IMG/VR virus record: IMGVR_UViG_3300035491_000281
Source of the DNA: a virus
Lineage: Duplodnaviria; Caudoviricetes
DNA length: 64,000 nucleotides
Strand: one strand, 5' to 3'
Part shown: piece after piece, positions 55,997 through 64,000 of the stretch
Layout of the letters: each line of letters starts with the position of its first letter
Position numbering within the stretch: position 1 is the stretch's first letter
Program-made: the position numbers and the translations under genes
Notes under the pieces: model-generated
Databases searched by the model: none
Seen by the model: only the letters and a program-made list of their open reading frames with translations
Told to the model about the DNA's origin: nothing

Positions 55997-56036
55997 CGAC
56001 ATAAGCCCCTCCCCAAATGGGGAGGGGTCTATGCTG

Positions 56037-58934
56037 TTACCGCGCCACGCTGTGCCGCATGAAGTTGATGTCCAGATCGTCCTGCACGGCCAGGAACTGG
56101 TTGGACAACACCGTCAGGCGTTTCCGCAGTGCCAGTCGCACGGCCTTATCGGTGATACTCACCACGGTGAAATTGTTATCGCCACCCAAACCTCCAGCTT
56201 CGATGTTGATGACGTCTTCCCCCGCGTTGGCTTTCAACCGACTGACGATGTCCGACACCGCCACTGTCTCCCGCCCCAGTAGCTCATTGACGATCTCCCG
56301 GGTGCTGGCAGTCAATGCTTCACGCAAGCTGGCATTACCGTAGGCCGTATCGGTCAGGTAGTAGTTGACGTAGAAGTGTTGGTCCAGCGCCAGTGTCGAC
56401 TTCAGACCTTCGCGCACCACCGCTACCGTGTCACCCAGGGTGGTGGTTGGATGCAGGTACAGCTCGCTCTGTTCCAGCAACTGCTGCTTGATGGCCCCGA
56501 TGTCGTTTCGTAGCCAGTTCACCACCTGCATCGGTACATCGTCGCGGTAGGCCGTAGCCTCTCCGTCCGTGGCGAAGTAGTAGCAACCATCCAGCAGGAA
56601 CAGGGTGAACTCCCGCAAGATCTGCCGCGGGGAGATCAATTCCGGCTGGCCGTTGGCGTCCAGGACCACGTCCCCTTTCAGGTAGCGGAAAGTTGGATTA
56701 CCCTCGGCGTCTAGAACTGGGTCACCGGCCTGGTGTTCCACCTCGTAGGTGATATTACCCTCCGCGTCGTACCCCAGCACAATCTGTCCGTTGCTGTCGC
56801 GCTTGTAGACCGTACTTTCGTACAACCACGGGACATCCTGTGCGTACTGGCGGTAACTGGCACTGCTGATCAGGCTGCGATTCCGCCGCCAGAGGTTGGT
56901 CAGCGCATACCCGAAACGCAACCGCAGCCGTTCCCGGGCCAAGACCATGTACTCATCCGGCAACAGGTGCCGCTGAACCTGATTGTCCATCAACGTGGGG
57001 CGATAGCCGGGCGTGGTCAAGTCGACGACGATAAAGCTCAGATCGAAGTCGTGCTCCAACTCACTGCGAAAATCCCGTTGCGCCAAGTCGTACATCGACA
57101 GGTTAGTGGTCCGCAGGTTATTGGCGGCGTCGAGGTCGAAGTTAGTCAGCAGGTCAAACTGATACACCCGCTCGTTATCTTCTTTCCCCACCAGGGTTCC
57201 GTTCAGGCTGGCGTAGTTGTTCTCCCCCACCGGTCGGTAGCCCAGCTGTAGCACCACATTGGCATCGTTCAGCGCCTTGAACTGGTCACCGCTGACCACA
57301 GTCACCGTCAGACGGTAACCCCCCTCGATCCGCTCGAACTGTTGGCGGGCAATGCTTGCTTGGTACTGCGCCGTGTCGTTCTCATCGACGAATACCTTGC
57401 GCACTACTTCCGGACGGTCGAGGTAGTAGGGACGCACGTCGAACCCCTTGTTGCTAGTGTCGAACACATAATGCAAAGGCGAGTAGAGGAAGCGTCGACC
57501 ATTGACCTGACGGGTCAGGGCGTCGGGGCCGAAACTCAGCAGCCGGGTGATCTCCGCATCCGGTACCGGTTGAATCACGCCATTGACAAACTCGTACAGG
57601 GCACTCGGCTTGACCGTGAGGCGATCACCGTTGTCGAGAACGTGGGCGGACCCCACCCACTGCGCCAGGGTCAATTGCAGCTGCCCCATGACACAGCCAA
57701 TCCCGCCGGCCACGGATTTGTTGGCCGGTGCCGGTAGCTTGCGCGACGCCAGGAATTGCCGGTTGGTGATGTTGTCGATGTTGGTAACCACCCCGAAGCC
57801 ACGACTCTGCAGGACCGTACCCAGTTGTGCATGGGTTATCGGGGTTTGGCTCGTGCCCAGGGTGTTGTGAATCACCTGGTTGCGCAGCTCCTCGAAACTG
57901 ACTGCTCCACTCCCACCGTTGACGCGATTCAGGTTCAGTGCCTGAAACCGGGTGAAGGTGTTCAGCGGCGAGACGTAGGTGCGGTCGTCGTCAATCGCAT
58001 TGAACTGGGTGACGAACTGGGCGGCCTGGTAGCTACCCAGATCCATTTCCAGCTTACCTTTGGTGGTATAGATGTCGATGCGGATCTCATCGGTCATCAA
58101 TCCCTGACTGAAGTACACCAACGGTACTTTGACGTTCAGGGACGAACCCTTGACCTGCAGCACCGCGGTGGGGTTCGTCGGGTCATAGACCTGGTCGGTG
58201 TGGGTGGTGCGGATTTCAGTCCAGCCGCCACGGCCATCGGCCAGGTAGGCGCGGGCAAAGTAGAAGTGGTCCTGGAAGCTGTAATCAACATCGAAGCCTG
58301 CCGCTGCGTTCAGGGTTTCGTTGTGGGTGGTGACGGCGAATTGCCCCATGGGTACCCGCAGCAACAGGAGGTTTTCCCGGTTGAGGGTGACCATGTCCCA
58401 ATCGACCATGTTCGATTCCAGCACCTGGATCGGTGAGGTCTGGTCGGTGCCGTACACCACCTGAATCCCACCGTGTGACATGATGCGGATTTCAATCGGA
58501 TACTGCATGGTGAAGGTGACCCCGGCCACGACTACGTTGGTTAGGCGTGGGATCACCAGTTTCCGCACCCCGCTGACATCGGTGGCCACGGCCTTGGCTA
58601 ACACCTCGTCTTTACCGATGTAGAAGTCGAAGGTGGTCCAGCTGGGACTGCTGAAGCGGCCGATGTAGTCATCGTCGGCCATGTGTAGATACAGCTCGTC
58701 GCTGGTCAGTGCCATCCGCGGGTACAGGCGTCGCAACAGGGCTTCGCCTTCACTGACGTTCATGCTAGCATTCAGGACACTGGCTTCCATTAGAAACACG
58801 AACGGGTTGCTGGCATCAGGAACATCGTAGCTGCCCTGACCGCTGGTCTGCGCTTCGAGTTCGTCGAGAATCAGGTTCTGCATCAGCATCGGGTTAAACC
58901 GCAGATCGCTGAGGCGTTGCTTAAAGTCGCTCAT
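56037..58934 (-). CDS. Large baseplate wedge protein (T4 gp6/J-like; phiKZ gp87-like)
   Basis: 965 aa. NPFVFLMEA N-terminus and VNGGSGAVSFEELRNQV (baseplate-J GG...E..EELR motif); synteny. Confidence 0.7.
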   Translation of the reverse strand: MSDFKQRLSDLRFNPMLMQNLILDELEAQTSGQGSYDVPDASNPFVFLMEASVLNASMNVSEGEALLRRLYPRMALTSDELYLHMADDDYIGRFSSPSWTTFDFYIGKDEVLAKAVATDVSGVRKLVIPRLTNVVVAGVTFTMQYPIEIRIMSHGGIQVVYGTDQTSPIQVLESNMVDWDMVTLNRENLLLLRVPMGQFAVTTHNETLNAAAGFDVDYSFQDHFYFARAYLADGRGGWTEIRTTHTDQVYDPTNPTAVLQVKGSSLNVKVPLVYFSQGLMTDEIRIDIYTTKGKLEMDLGSYQAAQFVTQFNAIDDDRTYVSPLNTFTRFQALNLNRVNGGSGAVSFEELRNQVIHNTLGTSQTPITHAQLGTVLQSRGFGVVTNIDNITNRQFLASRKLPAPANKSVAGGIGCVMGQLQLTLAQWVGSAHVLDNGDRLTVKPSALYEFVNGVIQPVPDAEITRLLSFGPDALTRQVNGRRFLYSPLHYVFDTSNKGFDVRPYYLDRPEVVRKVFVDENDTAQYQASIARQQFERIEGGYRLTVTVVSGDQFKALNDANVVLQLGYRPVGENNYASLNGTLVGKEDNERVYQFDLLTNFDLDAANNLRTTNLSMYDLAQRDFRSELEHDFDLSFIVVDLTTPGYRPTLMDNQVQRHLLPDEYMVLARERLRLRFGYALTNLWRRNRSLISSASYRQYAQDVPWLYESTVYKRDSNGQIVLGYDAEGNITYEVEHQAGDPVLDAEGNPTFRYLKGDVVLDANGQPELISPRQILREFTLFLLDGCYYFATDGEATAYRDDVPMQVVNWLRNDIGAIKQQLLEQSELYLHPTTTLGDTVAVVREGLKSTLALDQHFYVNYYLTDTAYGNASLREALTASTREIVNELLGRETVAVSDIVSRLKANAGEDVINIEAGGLGGDNNFTVVSITDKAVRLALRKRLTVLSNQFLAVQDDLDINFMRHSVAR

Positions 58935-58950
58935 GGGTTATCCTTCTGGT

Positions 58951-59985
58951 TCACACGTTACCGTACGCCCGCAGTACGTTGCCTTTCTGCGATTCGTAGT
59001 AGTTCTTAAACACCCACCACTCCAGCTCCATCGTGGCTTCATTGATCCGGGGGTAGGCGTGGTAGTTGAAATACTCCCGCTCCGCTGGGTGGAGTTTCAC
59101 CATATTGCGCTGACGCTCACCGTCGCGCATGCTGGCATTGAATAGCTCCCCCACCGTGTTGAACTCGTAGATCAGAATATGATCGTAGTAGGTAAAGCCC
59201 ATACAGCGGAAGTTCACCGAGATCTGGTCGTTGGCGGTGGTGAACGGAGTTTCCGAACCATCTCCTTCGAAGTTGAAGATATTGCCGATCGGGGCCGTCA
59301 TCGGGAAGGAAGCACCACAGGCGCCAATGCGGGTCACATAGGTCCGCGTCTTGTCCATGATCAGCCGGTAGATCCGGGTGTTGTAGTCAACTCGGTTATA
59401 CAGGACGTGATCCGGATAGGGCATCAAGCGCCCTTCGTAGACCAAGCCCATGTACCAGCCCCACAGCAAAAACATGAATGATATAGGATCGCCAGAAATA
59501 TTGCGGAAACTGGCTTGTATGTCGAACGACTCGTAGTTGTAGGGTACGTCGTCCACGTACGAGTATGCTTCGCGGTACAGACCCGGTTGGGTGGTCTGGG
59601 TATTCAGGGTAAAGTCCGGCCACCCGGACAGCGAAATCAAGTTGTTCGACAACAGGGGAATAAACGGATTGAGGTTATCCACCCCCGGGGACGTGATACC
59701 CTGCAATGGTAGTCGCGGGTCGAGGTAACAACGGATCATCCGTTGCACGCTGTAGGGGTTCTCCATCAGCAAGTTGGAGAGCACCCGATCGACTGCGAGG
59801 TTATCGTATGACAGGTTCAAACTTGGGCGGGTGAAAAACGTAAAGCCGTGGTTTTCCGTGTTCACCGCAATCGGGGCGTTACGCCCGACGATGTTCAACC
59901 CGTAAAACGAATCAGAAATCGTTCGATCGCGTGGCGCTTGACCGATGTTGCGTGAAATCTGATTTAAGTAATCATCGAGTGCCAT
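58951..59985 (-). CDS. Virion baseplate/tube-initiator-like protein (gp88-like)
   Basis: ATG 59985 with GGAG SD, FFTRPSLNL motif, co-transcribed with the wedge gene. Confidence 0.55.
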   Translation of the reverse strand: MALDDYLNQISRNIGQAPRDRTISDSFYGLNIVGRNAPIAVNTENHGFTFFTRPSLNLSYDNLAVDRVLSNLLMENPYSVQRMIRCYLDPRLPLQGITSPGVDNLNPFIPLLSNNLISLSGWPDFTLNTQTTQPGLYREAYSYVDDVPYNYESFDIQASFRNISGDPISFMFLLWGWYMGLVYEGRLMPYPDHVLYNRVDYNTRIYRLIMDKTRTYVTRIGACGASFPMTAPIGNIFNFEGDGSETPFTTANDQISVNFRCMGFTYYDHILIYEFNTVGELFNASMRDGERQRNMVKLHPAEREYFNYHAYPRINEATMELEWWVFKNYYESQKGNVLRAYGNV

Positions 59986-60018
59986 AACCACTCCAGTTAG
60001 AAGAGAAGGAAGTTAACC

Positions 60019-61155
60019 ATGCCATTACCTCTCACCCCTGTTGCGGCACAGGTGGGCGCTCAGCTGGGCATGACCCTGCTGGGTAAGCTGTCTAATGTCG
60101 CCATCAAAGGCGGTAAAATCGGGTCGCTTGCTGACCTGGCCCGTCCGGCTCGGGTCGAGCCGTTGGTGCTGGTCGACCAGTCCATCGCTGACCAACCGTA
60201 CATGGAAGACATCATGAAGATGTCGCTGACCACTTTTGCCGGCTACTACATGCAGGCGGTGGCCATGGTCATGAACGTGGGACGGATCGACACCCTCAAG
60301 GTACTCGATAGCCTGAACCCCACCCGCAGTGAGGGTTCCCTGACCCAGGCAGTCAAAGACGCGGTCTGGTCGAAAGAAAGCTATGCCCAAGGACTGCCCT
60401 CGCTGGAAGCATTCCAACAGCCGATGGAGCCGGGTCTGATCCTGTCGCTCGAAGATGCTGGCGGTAACCGTGCGCCCTCGCTCAGTGTCGAGGACGACTC
60501 GATCAAGAAACTGTACGAGGTCGAGAACCTGGCGGTGGGCAAAATGCTCAACGTTGAGCTCAAGGACGGGGAGAACAGCGGTAAGCTGCCGGTCCTGATC
60601 CGCCTGCTGCCGACCAAGGTCCCGTCCAAGGTCCTGACTCATATCTTTACGGCCACCACCAAGAACACCAGCTGGAAAGAGCGCTACCACCTGTGGCGTG
60701 CCGGCCAGATCCGCTTCGTGCGCGACCTGATGTTCTCCATCGACCTGATCGACGAGCACCGCAAGGCGCTGATCAACGACACCTCGAACGTCTACATGAC
60801 GATCACCGACCGCCGCCGTAACAATCTGACCAAAGCGGCTGCCACTGGCACTCCGAGCATGGCTGATGCGTCCAACATCGCAGTGATCTCCATGGCTACG
60901 GCCAAGGATATCGGTCGGACCCTGGCCGGTAAGATCGAGCAGGTCTCGGTACGCAAGAAGATCTTCGATGCCACCTACTTGATGCTGCTGGTCGTGGTGG
61001 ACGAGCGTTGGGAGCGGGTGACTGTGTACCACCGTGGGGTGGACATGCCGACTGAGCTCAGCTTCAAGGAGATCAAGAACTCCGAGAAGGGCAAGGGTCC
61101 GGACATCACCGAGATCCTCAAGGCTTACCAGCTCGGCGCCACGCCGTCGATCTAA
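60019..61155 (+). CDS. Inner head protein (gp89-like)
   Basis: Several SLE/SKE/SVE sites, strong codon bias, synteny. Confidence 0.65.
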   Translation: MPLPLTPVAAQVGAQLGMTLLGKLSNVAIKGGKIGSLADLARPARVEPLVLVDQSIADQPYMEDIMKMSLTTFAGYYMQAVAMVMNVGRIDTLKVLDSLNPTRSEGSLTQAVKDAVWSKESYAQGLPSLEAFQQPMEPGLILSLEDAGGNRAPSLSVEDDSIKKLYEVENLAVGKMLNVELKDGENSGKLPVLIRLLPTKVPSKVLTHIFTATTKNTSWKERYHLWRAGQIRFVRDLMFSIDLIDEHRKALINDTSNVYMTITDRRRNNLTKAAATGTPSMADASNIAVISMATAKDIGRTLAGKIEQVSVRKKIFDATYLMLLVVVDERWERVTVYHRGVDMPTELSFKEIKNSEKGKGPDITEILKAYQLGATPSI

Positions 61156-61212
61156 CCGATGGGGACTACCATGCGCCTCATTGAAACCCTTTAACCGGAG
61201 CACAGTCCAGTT

Positions 61213-62112
61213 ATGAAAATCATCCAATACGTCAAATCGCTGGCGCCGGTGTACGAACGCAAAGAGCTGATCGCCGCCCTGAACCAGCTACAGGAAGAGT
61301 TGCGTGATAACACCCTGCCGGTGGCCAAGGACATCCAGGAAGCCTTTGCCAATCATCAGTTCCGCTCTAAGTACATCGAGCAGGTGCGCCGCGCCCTGGC
61401 CCGTCACGTGGTCTTCCAAGGTTCAGGTATCGACCTGATGGTCGGTTCGCTGGAAAACCTCGACAAGAGCCTGCCGGCCCTGGAGCGGGAAGTCAAGCGG
61501 GCGTTCTCTTTCCAGTTCGCCACCACTGGCATCACCTACGACCGGGTGCAGATCCTGCAGTTCATCGAATCGGCGTTTTTCTACCTGCGCTTCTTCCGCA
61601 AGATGATGCTGCGCCTGGTGGCCGAAGAAGCCATCGCGGTCGGTACCGCCACCCCGATGTCTTGGGCCAAGGCCGAGCGCGAATGGCTCGACGAAGGTCT
61701 GGCCACTTTTGCCGGTCTCTACCAGGCAATGAACCAGTCCGAATCGCAGCTCAAGCAGAGCCTGGCCCGCACCTCCACCGCCGAAGTGTCCGAGGACACC
61801 TATGACGTGGCGGTGTCCTCGATCGGCATGACCAAGCTCGACCCGCTCAAGTTGTCGAACTTCTCGGCTACGCAGTTCAACCCGTTCTTCTCGTTGGGTA
61901 AGGCCATCGCCGAATGGAAGGTCAAGCGCTACCAGGCGGCCAAGGAAGAGCATCAGGGACTGCAATTGCGCCTGCAGGAGTTGCGTGAGCTGCGTAGCGA
62001 AGGCCGGGCGTCGGCCAAGCTGCAGAAGCTGATCCAGCACACCGAGCAGCGCATCGAGCAGCTCGACTACAAGCTCACCAAGATCGAAGAAGCCAACCGG
62101 CTCGACGACTGA
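61213..62112 (+). CDS. Inner head protein (gp90-like)
   Basis: 299 aa helical/coiled-coil protein following the gp89-like gene. Confidence 0.65.
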   Translation: MKIIQYVKSLAPVYERKELIAALNQLQEELRDNTLPVAKDIQEAFANHQFRSKYIEQVRRALARHVVFQGSGIDLMVGSLENLDKSLPALEREVKRAFSFQFATTGITYDRVQILQFIESAFFYLRFFRKMMLRLVAEEAIAVGTATPMSWAKAEREWLDEGLATFAGLYQAMNQSESQLKQSLARTSTAEVSEDTYDVAVSSIGMTKLDPLKLSNFSATQFNPFFSLGKAIAEWKVKRYQAAKEEHQGLQLRLQELRELRSEGRASAKLQKLIQHTEQRIEQLDYKLTKIEEANRLDD

Positions 62113-62122
62113 GGATTACCCC

Positions 62123-62665
62123 ATGGCCATGCCCAACCACGTGAAAATGTTTCCGCGCGGATACAGCGGTGGGCAGTCGCGGGCTAAGCCCGTGCACAGC
62201 AACCGCGAAGGTGATCCGGAGATCACCGCCCTGTGGAAGCAGTACTGCGAGCCGGTCAACAACTCCACCAGCTGGCAATTCCGCCGGCTGGTGTTGGGTT
62301 GCGCCAAGCGCCTGCTCGGTGGTCGCCCCAACTGGTTCCTGAGCCAAGACCCCAACCCGTGGGTCCTGGCCTACAACTACCAGTTCGTGATCGACACCCT
62401 GCGGTTCATCGGCACCGGCCGGCGACGGATCAGCATCCACGCCTGGCCGGACCTGCTCAGCAACTACCCCAAGAACGAACTGCCGGACGTGAGTAACCGC
62501 CATGAGATCGCGGACACGTTCACCCAGCTCGCCCTGACCACCTCGATCGATGCGCTGCTCCAGCTCTGGTGCAGCCACCCGAAAGGCTTCGACGACATGA
62601 TATGCACGTTGAATCTGCTCTTCGGCGATCATCCGCTCAAGATCGAATCCGATCCCAACGCCTAA
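62123..62665 (+). CDS. Conserved hypothetical protein (gp91-like)
   Basis: GAGG SD, synteny. Confidence 0.6.
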   Translation: MAMPNHVKMFPRGYSGGQSRAKPVHSNREGDPEITALWKQYCEPVNNSTSWQFRRLVLGCAKRLLGGRPNWFLSQDPNPWVLAYNYQFVIDTLRFIGTGRRRISIHAWPDLLSNYPKNELPDVSNRHEIADTFTQLALTTSIDALLQLWCSHPKGFDDMICTLNLLFGDHPLKIESDPNA

Positions 62666-62682
62666 CCATGGAGTAAGTCCAG

Positions 62683-64000
62683 ATGTCCAAATCCACCCTC
62701 AAATCCTACCTGGCCGATGCCACCACCTCGCTGGGTCTGGAAGAGTTCACCGACGGCGAGCAGAAGCTCGACGTGATTGTCTCCAGCGAACCGAGCGTTG
62801 ACCAGGTTGTTACCGAAATGGTCGAAGCCAAGATCGTCCAGGACGAAATCTCCCGCGACTGTGACGCCCTGGTGGAAGCCCAGTGCGCCATGGAATCCTA
62901 CGCTGCGCTGCTCAGCGCCGCCACCAGCGAAGGCGGGATCGACGGTCATTCCGCGGCCTTCCTACGCGTCGGCCTGGAGCGTTACGAAGACCTGTTCGGT
63001 CTGAGCGAACCGCTGACCCCGTCGGTGGAAGCTTTCGGCGGTAGCGCTTCGAAGCAGCACGCCACCACCGTCTCCCTGGAGAAGCTCTCCGAAACCCTGA
63101 AGAAGGGCTGGGAGATCATCAAGAAGGCCCTGGCTGCGCTGTGGAACGCCCTGAAAGACGTCTACGCCAAAGCCACGGGCGCTGCCACCCGCCTGGAGCG
63201 TCGCGCCAAGGAACTGGAAGTCAAGGCCGCCAAGCTGATCGGTACCGACGCACCCGACGCCAAGATCACCATCCGTGGCGCCTCCAAGCTGTTCGCTGAT
63301 GGCGAGAACCTGGCAGGCGATATCAAGCCGATTGCCGGCTTCGTGGCCTTCGCCAACAAGGTCTATCCGGAAACCATCCTGCGCTACGTTGCCGACGTAG
63401 CTGGTGCCGTGGGCAGCTACGACCCGGCCAGGGGTAAAGATGCCGCCTTCACCGGGCTGACCAGCAAGATCCTCTCCATCGGTGACGTCGTCGCCCGGTT
63501 CAGCGAGTTCAAGGCGGCATCCGCCAGCGACCGTCGTTTCGGCAGGGACGTCTATGTGGTGCGCAGTGAAGTGCTGCCGGGGAACCAGGCGCTCTACATC
63601 AGCGCGCCGCAGCGCGATGGCGCCAGCATGGAGGAGAAGATCCGCAAGTTGGGCGGTAGCCTGAACGCGCAGATGCTGGTTGACACCGGTGCCAAGGCTG
63701 CTCCGGAATCGGTAGAGGTGGAAGTCAAGGGTCCGGCCCAGCTGAAGAACACTGCCGCGGAAATCGCCCGTACCGCCGCTGCCGTCGTTCGCGGTGCCGA
63801 CAACGCCGACAAGGTGAAGAAGGCTGTGGACGAGCTGATCAAGGCCGGTGACGCGCTGAAAGAGCGCGCGGACAAGGCGGAGCTGTCGAGCGAACATCAG
63901 CAGCAGGTCGATGCGGTCCTGCGTGGTCTGGTGTCGGTGCAGAAACTGCTCGGTACCTCGATCAACGGCATGCTCTCCTACAGCGTCTCGGCACTGAACG
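62683..64000 (+). CDS. Inner-body family head protein (gp93-97-like), 3' truncated; not in the ORF track
   Basis: ATG 62683 with GGAG SD reads MSKSTLKSYLADATTSLGLEEF...AMESY...GLERY...SVEAF...VSLEKLSETLKKGWEIIKKALAALW, a propeptide with repeated S/A/G-x-E sites. Confidence 0.75.
   Translation, partial: MSKSTLKSYLADATTSLGLEEFTDGEQKLDVIVSSEPSVDQVVTEMVEAKIVQDEISRDCDALVEAQCAMESYAALLSAATSEGGIDGHSAAFLRVGLERYEDLFGLSEPLTPSVEAFGGSASKQHATTVSLEKLSETLKKGWEIIKKALAALWNALKDVYAKATGAATRLERRAKELEVKAAKLIGTDAPDAKITIRGASKLFADGENLAGDIKPIAGFVAFANKVYPETILRYVADVAGAVGSYDPARGKDAAFTGLTSKILSIGDVVARFSEFKAASASDRRFGRDVYVVRSEVLPGNQALYISAPQRDGASMEEKIRKLGGSLNAQMLVDTGAKAAPESVEVEVKGPAQLKNTAAEIARTAAAVVRGADNADKVKKAVDELIKAGDALKERADKAELSSEHQQQVDAVLRGLVSVQKLLGTSINGMLSYSVSALN

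Noticed and set aside
1-64000. CRISPR arrays, tRNAs, rRNA, transposases, inteins and stop-codon reassignment
   Set aside because: No spaced direct repeats, cloverleafs or transposase/intein motifs were seen by eye. Core genes have expected lengths under the standard code.

Overview
This window is 64 kb of the core genome of a high-GC, nucleus-forming jumbo phage (phiKZ-like, Chimalliviridae). Gene order matches the phiKZ gp29 to ~gp93 block. It runs: tail sheath (partial) and tube; tubulin PhuZ; a cluster of small hypothetical genes; one subunit of the split family-B DNA polymerase; chimallin (ChmA); non-virion RNA polymerase (nvRNAP) subunits; an SbcD-like nuclease; ChmC-like and PicA-like nucleus proteins; an SF2 helicase; a virion RNA polymerase (vRNAP) beta' fragment; the second DNA polymerase subunit; baseplate proteins; and inner-head proteins. 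No tRNA, rRNA, CRISPR array or transposase was seen. Signals the ORF track misses: (1) a 364-nt ORF-less group I intron splitting the nvRNAP beta subunit; (2) a dnaX-style -1 frameshift cassette at the end of the DNA polymerase exonuclease subunit that would fuse it to a NADAR-like domain; (3) a putative receptor-binding paralog broken by a 1-nt change in a C5G5 tract; (4) an ~810-nt hairpin-rich non-coding region before phuZ; (5) a repeated GATCTATATYAY promoter-like motif; (6) a family of CATA-hairpin-TATG intergenic elements. phiKZ gp numbers come from recalled synteny and motif recognition; no database search was run.
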